This document shows, piece after piece, positions 52,036 through 62,988 of a DNA stretch of 64,000 nt. The notes under the pieces are model-generated. The model did not search any database, had not been told where the DNA came from, and saw only the letters and a program-made list of their open reading frames with translations. Both the position numbers and the translations under genes were made by a program. The number at the start of each line of letters is the position of its first letter. The first letter of the stretch is position 1. Source of the stretch: Mantamonas sphyraenae STR306 (Eukaryota; Protista; CRuMs); assembly GCA_026936335.1 (NCBI GenBank), contig JAPMXV010000053.1:1-64000 (forward strand). Reading direction: 5' to 3'.

Positions 52036-53263
52036 ATGTCTTCGTCTTCTTCGAGCCTGCTGCGCCGCACCAGCAGCAACGCGGCAGAAACATCCTCGGC
52101 GTCGTCGACAACGACGTTGTCCAAAATCGATGACGGGTCGCGCGACTACCGTGTGTTCCTTGTGGACAGCGACGACGGGACGTTCCAGGTGCCCACCACC
52201 AACGAGCGCGAGATGGGCCGGTTCATCAAGCTGCCGCGGCCCGGTTTGGCCAAGGGCACGCGTGCTCTGTACTTGCTGAGCAACAAGGATGTGCTGTTGG
52301 AGGTGCAGGCGCTGCGTCCCGAGTTTGCTGCCTGGTTTGTCAACCAGACTGTACAAAAGAGTAGGTGGATGCAGTGTGTTTGGTTGTCCCGAATGGTTAT
52401 GGTCACACGCCTTTATGGACGCGAATGTAGCGTGAATGGTTCGCCCGTCTCGCAACTTGGCAAGGCAGGGGGAAGCAGATGTGTGTTGTGTGATCAGCGC
52501 AGGTTGATCACACCAAGCTGACTCGTGCGGACGTTCCCTTGCAGACGGCAACATGCATCTGTGCACGCCGATAGACCTTTCATTCGTTATGCTGCCGCTT
52601 CTGGAAGAGGAGAAGCGGGCTTCGTCGTTTGTGTCAGCAGAGACGATGCTGTATGAGCAGGACGACGTGGTGTTTCGCGAGCTGCTTCGGTGTCCGGCCT
52701 TGCCAAAGGCGCTGGCACGCATCTGCGAGGTGGACCAGAGCCACAGCGACGCACAAGGCAATCCCATGGCCATGTACCGTCTGGACAAGGACAAGGTGAT
52801 GAAGTGGCTGCAGAGCAAGGTGAAGACGGTTGCGTTGAAGTATGCTGCGACGACGGGAGCCAACGCAGTGCGCAGAGCACAGAGTTCGAATGTGGTGTGG
52901 CGAAGTGCACAGATGTCCAGCCAGGGATCGATGGGTTCGGCGCTTACGAGCACAGAGGCCATCACCCTTGCGGTGGGGATGGTGTGTGAGTACCTGGACA
53001 CGCTGTGGGCGGACGCCCTCAAGGCACACTTCCACATGGAGACCAGCAAAGACAAGGCGGCAAAGGCAAAAGCAAAGGCAAAGACACAGAGCAGCACGAG
53101 CGAACGCAAGAGGGAGGAGATGGAGAGCGAGGAAAGCAGCAGCAGCGAGTCAAACTCGCAGGAGCCCAGTCGCAAGAAACAGCGCGTGGTCAAAGTTGTG
53201 AAGGAGGTGAAGCCGTTGCCAAAGGGACAAAAGACAATGATGTCGTTCTTTGGAGGAAAATGA
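52036..53263 (+). CDS. RNASEH2B: Ribonuclease H2 subunit B; join(52036..52360,52545..53263)
   Basis: LLEVQ..AWFVNQTVQK|NGNMHLCTPID, YRLDKDKVMKWLQSKV and a C-terminal PIP box (QKTMMSFF). Confidence 0.9.
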
Positions 53264-53301
53264 ACAATCAAGCGCCGGCGCGGCCATTCTGAAGTTCACC
53301 G

Positions 53302-53922
53302 ATGTCGCAAAGTGGTGGCAGACGCCCCAACGCACGCCAGGTGAACCGCACGGCGCGTTTCATCACAAAGCTGTTGCGACACACGGCGGAGGAGGAGGGA
53401 CTTGCGATCGATAACAACGGTTGGGTGGACGTGGAGGAGTTGCTGGAGCTGCTGACGGTGAAACGGCACACGGCGGACCTGGAACTGGTGCAACAGATTG
53501 TGGAAGACGACAAAAAGGGAAGGTTGCAGTTGGAACAGGTGGACGAGTTGCAATGGCGGATTCGAGCCAACCAGGGTCACAGCATGAAGAGCGTGTCGAT
53601 GGAAAGCGACTACAAACGGATCACCGACGCGTCCGAGTACCCGACGGTGGTCCACGGCACGTACTATGCATGCGCAGACGACATTCAAAAGGATGGGCTC
53701 AAGACAATGGGCCGCAATCACATTCACATGGCCAAGGGCCTGCCTGGGGAGGATGGGGTCATCTCGGGCATGCGCTCCACCTGCGAAGTGCTCGTCTACG
53801 TGGACATTGAGGCGGCCATGGAAGCCGGCATCGAGTTTTACGAATCTAACAACGGCGTAGTGTTGACCACAGGGGTGGATGGGGTGCTGCCGCCGGAATT
53901 CCTGCGCTTCGAAAAGCGATGA
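53302..53922 (+). CDS. TPT1: tRNA 2'-phosphotransferase (Tpt1/KptA)
   Basis: LLRH, DDKKGR, IRANQGHS, HGT, RNHIHMA, SGMR and SNNGVVLT. Confidence 0.96.
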   Translation: MSQSGGRRPNARQVNRTARFITKLLRHTAEEEGLAIDNNGWVDVEELLELLTVKRHTADLELVQQIVEDDKKGRLQLEQVDELQWRIRANQGHSMKSVSMESDYKRITDASEYPTVVHGTYYACADDIQKDGLKTMGRNHIHMAKGLPGEDGVISGMRSTCEVLVYVDIEAAMEAGIEFYESNNGVVLTTGVDGVLPPEFLRFEKR

Positions 53923-53957
53923 GTGAATTGTCATCTCTCTCCTCCAACGTGTTCTGT

Positions 53958-55853
53958 TCATTCGCTCTTGGCCTCGCTGTTGCTGTTGCTGCTGCTGCTG
54001 CTGCCCTTTTGTTTCTGCTTGAGCTTGAGCATTTGCTGCTGGTAGGTCTTGACCTTTGCAAGGAGGCCCTTTGCGTGCTCGTCCTCGGTAAAGTGCTTGC
54101 GGACGGGTTCGAGGAGCAGGTTGACGTAGGTTGCGGCACAGGCCTTGAGAACCTTGGGATGCACGGCTTCGTTGACAAAGTCAGCCTCGAGATCCTCGTA
54201 GTGGGTGTAGGTCTTGTCGCCGCCCTCCTCCTCGCTACGCTTGACCTCGACTTCGACAAAGGAGTTGAAGACGATGTGCTTCATGTAGTCGAGCACAGGG
54301 TTGTCCTCGACGACGCCAGCAGGGCAGAAGGCGCTGTTCATCTTGCGCTCCACCTCCTTGGCGGTGTCCTCCATGAAGATGGCCGAGTCCGGGTCGCTCT
54401 TGCTCATCTTGGCTTGGCCCTCCTTGAGGCCCATGAGCATGTGATGAGACAGGATGATGGGCTTGTTCTTGCGCTTGATGACGTCGCAGTACTCACGCGC
54501 AAGCATGTTGACCTTGCGCTGGTCCATGCCGAGCTGGCAGATGTCCGCCTTGAGGTGGAAGATGTCTGCGGCCTGCATGCACGGGTAGAAGATCTGCGAG
54601 GCACTAAGGTCATCGCTCTCTGCACGGCCCATAATCTGGCTGCATCGCTTGACACGGGCCAGGTTGTTTGCGCGGGCGATGTTGAGGACGCGGAGCCAGT
54701 ACTCGGAAGCGTGGTCTGTGATGTCGTCCGAGCTCCACACAAACTTGACGTTGTTCATGTCCATGCCACAGGCCGTCCAGACCTCAATCATGTACTCGCC
54801 CACGGTGCGGATCTTCTTCAGGTCGCCACCCATCTTGTTGTTCATGAGGGCAAACCAGTCGGCCACCCAAAACACAAAGGTGCACCCGACCGACGTCAGC
54901 TTGTTGACGTTGATGGCCTTGAGGATGCCCTGTGCAATGTGCACACGGCCGGATGGCTCAAATCCGTCGTACGCAATGGGGTTGGGCTTGTTGGCCAGGA
55001 GGTTGCGCAGCTCTTCAGGCTGAATGCACTCTTCGGCCACCGAGAGGGCGAGTCCGACCTTTTCGTCGAGGCTGCGTCGAAGCACAACGACGGCGTGCAC
55101 AACCAGCCACGTGGGAACAACACAGACACAGACGATGTGAGAGAGGGCATGAGGGACGTGAGAGGTGTCAGCGTGGTGATGGTTGGAGGGTAGGAGAGGC
55201 GGGCACTTTGGGGCGGTGGTTTCAGGGCAACGTACGACAGCTCATTGGGGTTGACACGCTCGATGAAGTTGGCGACAACCTCGCTGGCGGCCTCTTCTGC
55301 GGCCTGGGCCACTTGGGCATTGCTGGACATGCCTTCGGAAGCGGCCTTGTCGGTTTCGGAGCCCTTGGTTTGCTTTGCCTTGCCGTCTTTGCCCTTGTTG
55401 CCTCCCTTCTTGCCCTTCTTTCCCTTGCTCTTGACGTCGTCACGGTCAGGCAGCTTGGGCAGCATCAGCTGCATCTGCTGCGAAGCAATCTTGCGCAGCG
55501 CCGACGCGTCGCCCTCCACGTTCAGACGGTTGATCACCTCCTTGGCGCCGTCGACGAGGGTGCCGTATTCCTTCCTGGATTCGACGAAAACGGACCGAGG
55601 CGAGGCGCACAGAGACAACAGCGCAGACACACGGGGAAAGGGGGGAGGGGGGGAGGTCAGTATCCAAGTGGCGGTGGCCATGGAGCAGACAGTGAAGCAC
55701 GTGTATGCGAGGCACTCACTCGTTCTGAGTCACAATGGGTCCTTTGCCCGTGTTCTGAATGGCCCAGCCCTCCTTGGCGCCCAAGTCGTCGATGACTTGC
55801 CACATCTGCAGAGCCAGCTCCTTGGAGAACTGAAGTTCGTCGGTGCTGGACAT
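53958..55853 (-). CDS. YARS: Cytosolic tyrosyl-tRNA synthetase (HIAQ type) with an N-terminal extension; complement(join(53958..55071,55236..55574,55720..55853))
   Basis: AYDGFEPSGRVHIAQG, YPCMQAADI, QLGMDQRK and KMSKS. Two in-phase introns. Confidence 0.94.
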
Positions 55854-55960
55854 GTTGTGGTTGTGTGTTCCTCGAGTGGGATGTGGTGGCCCCGAGTGCG
55901 CCAAGAAAACCCGCACACACACACACGCACCCACACACATACACACACACACACACACCA

Positions 55961-58900
55961 ATGAGCACCGAAGACGCATTTGCATTTGTTACTGTCATCC
56001 GGCGGGACAACCGGGATGGCCAGGCGTTGCCCTTGACGGACACGATGGACATCATGTTTGGCCGGTGAGTTGGACCGTTTGAATTGTGGCGCGATCCTGC
56101 GCGGGACGCTGTGTGGCACGCAAAAAGGGAGAGGGTCCGTGCAGGTTTGCTGACGCGCACACATGTGTACATACACATTCACCTTTTGCCACAGAGCCGC
56201 GGATGTGGATGTGCGCATCCAACTGAAAAACGTGAGCAAGAAGCACGCTCTGCTGGAGGCGGACGACATGGGCCACCTTTTCCTCGCCAACCAGAGCAAG
56301 CGCAACCATACCTACGTGAACGGCAAGGCCATTGGCGAGCGCACTCGTCTCAACGACGGAGATGTGTTTGCCATCGGCGACCGCAAGTTCCGCATCGACT
56401 ACGGTGAGTGTGTGCAAACACCCCAGTTCAAACTGGGTTCTGACACCTGGCCGTTGCCGAAAAGCGCGCGCAAAAAAAGTCCGGCCACACATCTTGCCTG
56501 CTCACACCCACACCACTTTCCTCCCCAACTCACCTGATACTCCATGCAATACTGTGCCAAATACCCACTCATCTGCATCTTCCCGTCACCTACCACAGAC
56601 AAGAACTTCCTCAAGTACCTGAACAAGCTGGAGGAGTCTGGCGACAGCTTTGTGTTTGCTTCACCAGTCCCCAGCAGCAGCGCCAAGAAGGGCAAGAAGG
56701 CAGCACGCCGCAGCAGCTCGAGCAACGAAGAGAACAACGCAGCAAGCAGCAACATGGAAGCCAGCGATGCGGCGGAGGCTGAGGAGGTGACGATGGCCCA
56801 GAGGCTGCCGACACCCCTCCGCAAGGACATCCAGAAGCGCAGGCAGTCTGTGTCGCTGGTGGAGGCCGCCATGATGGAAGAGGCCAAGGAGCAGCAGGAG
56901 GAGAGCGAGACGCAGCAGCGTAAGTTGAACACCCCGCTGCGCGTCGAAATCACAGCTGCAGCCAGCAAGGCCAGCCAGCGCCGCCGCGACCGTGAAGCCA
57001 AGGCACGCGAGGAACAAGAGCAGACTGTGGCCACAATCGACGTGGAGCTGGACGACAAGGAGCCGCACACACCGGAGCCGCAACAGAGTGCACCGGCCAA
57101 GAAGAGCAGCAGCAAGAAGCGATCGGCCAAGAAGAAGAAGAAGAAGACGCTGCCTACGCCCATCCGCGCCCAGATCCAGGAGCGCCGCCACTCGCCGCAG
57201 CAGGCCGAGTACGAGGTGGAACTGGACCAGTACGAGGAACAGGTGCGTGAGGAAGAGGAGAAGGAGGACATGATGGAGACCGAGGAGGCAGCCGCCGTTG
57301 AGGACTCGCTTGCAGCGCAGTTTGGAGCGGCAGCGGCCGAGGAGGACGAGGACGACACTGAAGACGAGGCGGAGCACTTTGTCACTGCGCCGTCGACGCC
57401 AGCAGAGGACCAGGCACAGTGGGAGGAAGATGGCGAAATCGATTGGGAGCAGGACGCAGCCGACTGGACCGAGCCGGTGATCCGCAAGACGCTCAAGACG
57501 CCGCTGGCAAAGGAGATCCGCCAGCACATCTTTTATCCGGACAGCACGCCCGAGAACACACCCGAGGCCCCCAAGCAGAACGGCATGGCCACCCCCAAGC
57601 AGCACATCTTCTTTTCACCGGCATCCGAGGCCGACAGCGAGGCTGAGTGGCTGGATGACACCGACACGCTGGCAGTGCGCCATGCCGTGCGCGGACGCAA
57701 GGCCCTGGCCACGCCGGCACGTGCCATGGTGGAGTCGCGCCGCCTGTCTGCCCTGAACGGCAACGCCACGGGCGAGGCTGACGAGTGGAGCGACGACGAG
57801 GCAGAGGAAGAGGACGCAGAGGTTCTGGCCAAGTGGAATCTGGCGGCTCACCCAACGCCCGTGCGTGACTCTGTGCAGAAGCGTCGCCAAACGTGGGGCA
57901 GCACTGCCGACGAGGTGGAGGCATGGAGCGAAGACGAGGCCGACGCCGAGGCCGACGCCGAGCCCGAGCAGCAAGAAGAGGAAATTGTGGAGCAGACGCC
58001 GCCAGGCAAGCGAGGCAAGCGTCTGGCCACGCCGCTGATGAAGGCCATCCAGGCACGCCGCATTTCCGGCTCGGCCAAAAAGTCGAGCAGCAAGAAGAAA
58101 CAGTCGACGGCGCAGCGTCGCAAGCTGGCGACGCCGATGCGCAAGGCCATCGAGGCCAAGGAGGTGCAGCTGAGGAAGCGCACACCCAGCAAGGCCAAGG
58201 GCAAGGCGGTTGAGGAGACGCAGGAGGAGCAGGAGGCGCCTCTGCGACGCAAGCTGGCCACCCCGACACGCAACCAGATTGTGGAGGAGTTCAAGAAGCG
58301 CACGATGCGCAAGAAGGTGATGAGCCAGAATGCCAACCGCACACCCATCAAGGAGCAGGTGGAGAAACGCCAGAGCCGCTCAGGCAACAAGAACGGCGGA
58401 CTCAGCTCGCCTGGGTTCAAGGCGGAGATGGAGAAGCGACGCCAGTCGATCCGTGGCAGCGAGGGCAAGACACCCGAGCGCAGCTCACAGGACGAGGACG
58501 AGGACGAGGACGACATGATGGACAGTCCCATGGCCACGTCTGCGCGCACGTCGATCCCCACGCCGGTGCGTGAGGAGCTCAAGACCAAGTTTGCGGACGC
58601 TGCGGCACGCAAGCGCAAGGAGATGGACGCCCCCGAGGATGATGCTGAAGCTGAGGCCGAGGTCGAGGAGACAGTCAGCAACAAGCGCCAGCGCGTCGAG
58701 GTGGAGGAAACGGAGGACGAGGTTCCCGAGGCCCAGGAGGAGGAGGTGGAGATCGAAGAGAGCGAAGAGATCGAACAGGTTCCGGAAATTGCTGAGGAAG
58801 AAGCAGCCAAGGAGGCTGAGGTTGAGGCTGAGGAGGAGGCTGAGGTTGAGGCTGAGGAAGAGGTGGAGGTTGAGGAAGAAGAGGAGCCTGAGGTGATTGA

Positions 58901-59758
58901 TTACAGCAGCTGGAAGGTGGTCGACCTTCGCAAGCAACTCAAGGAGATGGGTCTGGCCACGGCTGGCAAGAAGGCCGTGCTCGTGGCTCGCATTGAGGAG
59001 GCCATGGAGGCCGGATCCGAAGATGAGGCCGAGGTCGAGGCCGAGGTCGAGGTCGCAAGCAAGGAAGAGATGGAGACGGAAGAGGTCGCCTCCGAGGTCG
59101 AGGCCGAGGCTGAGGACGAAGAGGCAGAGCCAGAGTCAGAGCCAATCGACTTTTCCGCTCTTCGCGTGCGTGAACTGCGCGAGGAGCTCAAGACACGCGG
59201 ACTGGACACCACGGGCAAGAAGGCCGTGCTTGTGGCACGCCTGGTTGAGTTTGAAAGCACCCAGGCTGAGCCCGAGGCGGAGGTCGAGCCCGAGGTCGAG
59301 CCCGAGCTGAGGCTGAGGCTGAGGCTGAGGTCGAGGCTGAGGTCGAGCAGGAGCCCGAGGTGGACTACAGCTCGTGGACCGTGGCCAAGCTGCGCAAGGA
59401 GCTCAAGTCGCTGGGAGCCTCCACTGCTGGCAAGAAGGCTGAATTGGTTGCCCGTCTGCAGCAGGGTGTCGCGACGGAAGCCGAGGAAGAGCAGGATGTG
59501 GAGGAGCAGAACGATGAAGAAGAAGAAGAAGAAGAAGAAGAGATCGTGGACTACAGCAGCTGGAAGGTGACTGAGCTGCGCAAGCTTGCCAAGCAGCTCA
59601 ATGTCAGTGCCGGCGGCAAGAAGGTGGACATCATCAGCCGTATCCAGCAGGCCCAGGGCAACTCCAGCCAGTCCGCTGCAGACGATGACAACAGCGACGA
59701 TGACGAAGACGAGATGGTGGTCGAGGTGGCCACCCGTCGCACGCGTCGCCGCCGCTGA
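55961..59758 (+). CDS. Ki-67-like FHA protein with TP repeats and four SAP domains; join(55961..56064,56195..56403,56599..59758) with an apparent 1-nt deletion near 59306
   Basis: FHA (FGR|AADVDVRIQLKNVSKKH..TYVNG..LNDGDVFAIGDRKFR), about 10 L-x-T-P-x-R/K repeats and four SAP motifs. The frame changes inside a GAGGCT repeat. Confidence 0.8.
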
Positions 59759-59803
59759 AGGGAATGAACTGATGGCAGGTCCGCACACGCACACACCAAA
59801 AAC

Positions 59804-62800
59804 ATGAGCACGTACGTTGCATGCACACACGCACCCATTCGCACAAGGCTGGCAATCCACCCGTACACTTCTGACACGTCGCCCTCCACCTCATGCCCGG
59901 CCAACAACTCGCGACCCCCGTTTCCGCTAGCAGGCGAAACCACCGGAAAGCCACGATCTCGCCCGAAAGCGAACCGCAGGTTTATATGTTTTCATCGACC
60001 GACGGCAGACGCCACGACCAGGAAACAGTGCCTGCGTCGCAATTGTTGAAGTACGACAAGAAAGCAGACGATGTGGTGTCCCTCATCTGGTCCAGCGACC
60101 CGGCGGTGCAGGTGAGCGAACTCATGGACCAGTTTGAGTTTGCAAGCGACGCCCTCACTGCCACCGTCGACCGCACGTACATGGGCACAAGCACATCAAC
60201 TGTGCGGGCGTATGATAACCACTCCATGCAGCTCGTGCAGAACCTCTCTGGCCTTGTCGAGAGCGTCGTCGCCGTTCACGTCGTGGGCGAGGATCTCGTG
60301 GTTTTGGAACACAAGTGCGACTTTGCGCGTGTGTACAACGCCGCAAACGGCAAGCTGCGTGGCAACGTGCGCATCTTTCCAGAAATCGATGAGCTGAAAG
60401 ACCACAAGCGCCACATGAGCTCCCGTCTCGTCATGGAGGCCTGGTCGGCCAAGAGCAACTTCTTTGTGAGCGGCCTAACCCCTCTCGACCACTTTCAAGA
60501 CCAGTTCCAAGGTGACTTTGCAAACGAACGCAACATGGACCGCTGCTTCGTCGCCTGGCGCACCTTCAACCTCGCCTCGAGTGGCCATGATGAGGTTTAC
60601 ACGCAGCTCCAGCTCGTCGATCTCTCCATTTTTGATCAGGCTCTCCACGAACGCAACGACCTCACCGACGCACAGGAGAGCCAGGGCAACAGCAGCAGCA
60701 ACAGCAACAACGACTCCGCCATCAATGATTACGATGATGATGTCGATGACGATGGTGTCGCTTCGTCCACACAATCCAACAGCTCCACCGGCGCAACTGC
60801 CTCCGAACTCCTCGAGGAGGAGGCCGCCGCGCAGGAGGAGGCTGCCAAGGAATCGGGCAACGAGAAGCGCAAACAACTCTTGCAAACCATCCACAGCCGT
60901 GCAAGCATGCGTCAAGCCGACCAGGAGTCTGCGATTGACGCCATGGTTCCCTGCTCGGCCTTGCCCGAGCTCGAGGAACGCCAGCTTGCCTGTGTCGTCT
61001 GGGATGCCGTCAACCAAAACCTCGTCATTTTGTACGAGAAATCCCTGACCACATACCATGTCACCTTTGAAGGCTCTGCGGGCCACCAGCTCACGTTTGT
61101 CGACACCAGCTGCAACCTGGAACTCAATGACCGCACCTACTCCCGCCTCAACATGGTCGGCTACCACACTGCACATGTCCACCACATGAGCCGACCCTAC
61201 ACCACCGTGCTCGTCCGTCCCGTCGCGCTCTCAGGCAACCAGGAATTGCAAACCAGGGAGGCTTCCTTCCTACTCCAATGCCAAGGCGCCGCCGAAGAAG
61301 CAACGTACATCCCTCGGCGGTTGGGCAACCGAACCCTGTACGTGGGCTTTGTGGACCGTTTCCTCGTCGGTGTCTTTGAGGAAGGCCTCTCCTTGAACGA
61401 CGTTTCCTTTACCGATGAAGACGGCCACTGGCCACAGGTCAAACTTCCTCTGGGCATCGTCCGTGGCAGCACCCCGATCGCAGCCGCGCTGGGTGACCAG
61501 GTGCTCGTGTGGAACTCCAAGAACCCATTCTCGGCGCAGGCATTGCGCATTGGACGCCACAAGGAGTTCAAGGGCATGCTTGTGCTCTCCAGCGACCCTT
61601 CTTCTCCCTTTGCCACCGTCAAGGCCTCCTCCATCATGTGCTACACACGCTTCCGCCGCACCGAGTGGCACCCTCGCCACCATTCCTCCTTTACGCCAGC
61701 ATTCCGCAGGCAGGTCTTTACCATCCTCTGCATGGGCTGGCGTGACGAAGAAGGCGTGCCCCTCCACGAAGAGGATGTCGATGAGTGTGACTTTCCCTGG
61801 TTCCAACTGCCCCAAGAGGTCACCTTCCGCATCATCTCCCACCTCGCACGATTCCCGCTCTCCCGCACGGGCCAGCTCAACATGCTCCAGCAGTCTTCGG
61901 GCGAACCCACCATCGGCTTGCTCAAGAAAGGCTCGCCTTCAGTGCTCCCGGGCGCACAATCAGGCGGCGGCAAAAAGGGAGGCCGGTCTCAAAGATCCTC
62001 GACGGCCTCCACGTCGGACGTGCCCGCAGGTGTGTCTCCAGCCGACGTCCTCCAAGGGGTGTCCCAGGGCGACAACTTTTACGACGTCTTCTTCAACGTC
62101 ATGCCTACCTACGCCGAGACCCCAGCCGTAGGCCCCCCGGCACCTGAAGATGGTCAGCCGAACAACACAGAAGAGTCGGCCACGGCGTCGCCAAGCAAGG
62201 TCAAGCCCAAGAAGGAGTTTCAGTTCTCCCTCAAGTCGTCTCCTTCTGACCGCTCCACCAAGCGTTCTTCGGGGGCCGCTTTTCACGCGGTTCCAAGGAC
62301 AGCACCAAGTCAAGCACTACCAGCACAACCACCACGTCCACAGCCACCGTCGCTGCAGACGTCGACATGCCCGACCAGACCAGTGCCAAGACCTCTCTCG
62401 ATGCCAGCCCGCAGCAGGAGCAGACAACCCCGCCCGGTCGCTTCGCCAAAAAGCCATCTCCCGGCAACCTCGCCAAGGACCCGAGCGCAACATTTTCCAG
62501 CGGTGGATCCGGTGGACGCTTTCTCCAAGGGCTCGGGTGGACGCTTCTCCAAGGGTTCGGGCGGACGCTTCTCCAAGGGCTCGGGCGGGCGCTTCTCCAA
62601 GAAGGATGACAAGGCAGACGAAACCACCTCCACCAACGGCCACTCTAACTCCACCTCTGTACAACTGCAAGGCCAGAGTGCATTGGGCACCACCACAGAC
62701 CCACTTGCCAACAGCAACAACACAAAGGCAGAAAGCAGCACCAGCACCGGCAACACAAACACCGAACGAAAGCGCTCCACCTCAGCCCACTCCACCAACG

Positions 62801-62851
62801 CAGAACCCTTTCTGGCAAAGGTGATGTACATCATGCAGGTGTCAACACAGT

Positions 62852-62853
<2 letters not shown>
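59804..62853 (+). CDS. Uncharacterised protein with a degenerate beta-propeller-like N-half, a W-x-P-x-x-H..LP-x-E box and a low-complexity tail; possibly join(59804..59811,59931..62853)
   Basis: A 986-aa ORF with typical codon usage, containing WHPRHHSSFTPAFRRQVFTILCM...LPQEVTFRIISHL. The 5' and 3' exon structure is uncertain. Confidence 0.55.
62521..62600 (+). repeat. 24-nt coding minisatellite (FSKGSGGR, about 3.3 copies)
   Basis: TTCTCCAAGGG(C/T)TCGGG(C/T)GG(A/G)CGC repeated in tandem. Confidence 0.9.
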
Positions 62854-62854
<1 letters not shown>

Positions 62855-62893
<39 letters not shown>

Positions 62894-62914
62894 GTGTGTG
62901 TGTGTGTGTGTGTG
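62855..62914. repeat. (TG)n microsatellite between convergent genes
   Basis: Seen directly in the sequence, with one interruption. Confidence 0.95.
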
Positions 62915-62988
62915 CGTTGCAACAAACAAACAACCATCCTCATGGGTTGGCGGCATCAGTTCAACTTCATTTGGCACGCTGGAACGGA

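Noticed and set aside
50845-53271. 808-aa minus-strand ORF suggesting a kinase with a huge N-terminal extension
   Set aside because: The first half is the antisense of RNASEH2B. The kinase starts at 51969 and the ORF reads through introns.
59295-59365. Frameshift between SAP2 and SAP3 of the Ki-67-like gene, as possible programmed frameshifting or a pseudogene
   Set aside because: CCCGAGCTGAGGCT lacks one G relative to the surrounding GAGGCT repeat, and restoring it fuses the two frames. There is no slippery heptamer, so a consensus error is most likely. This should be checked against reads.
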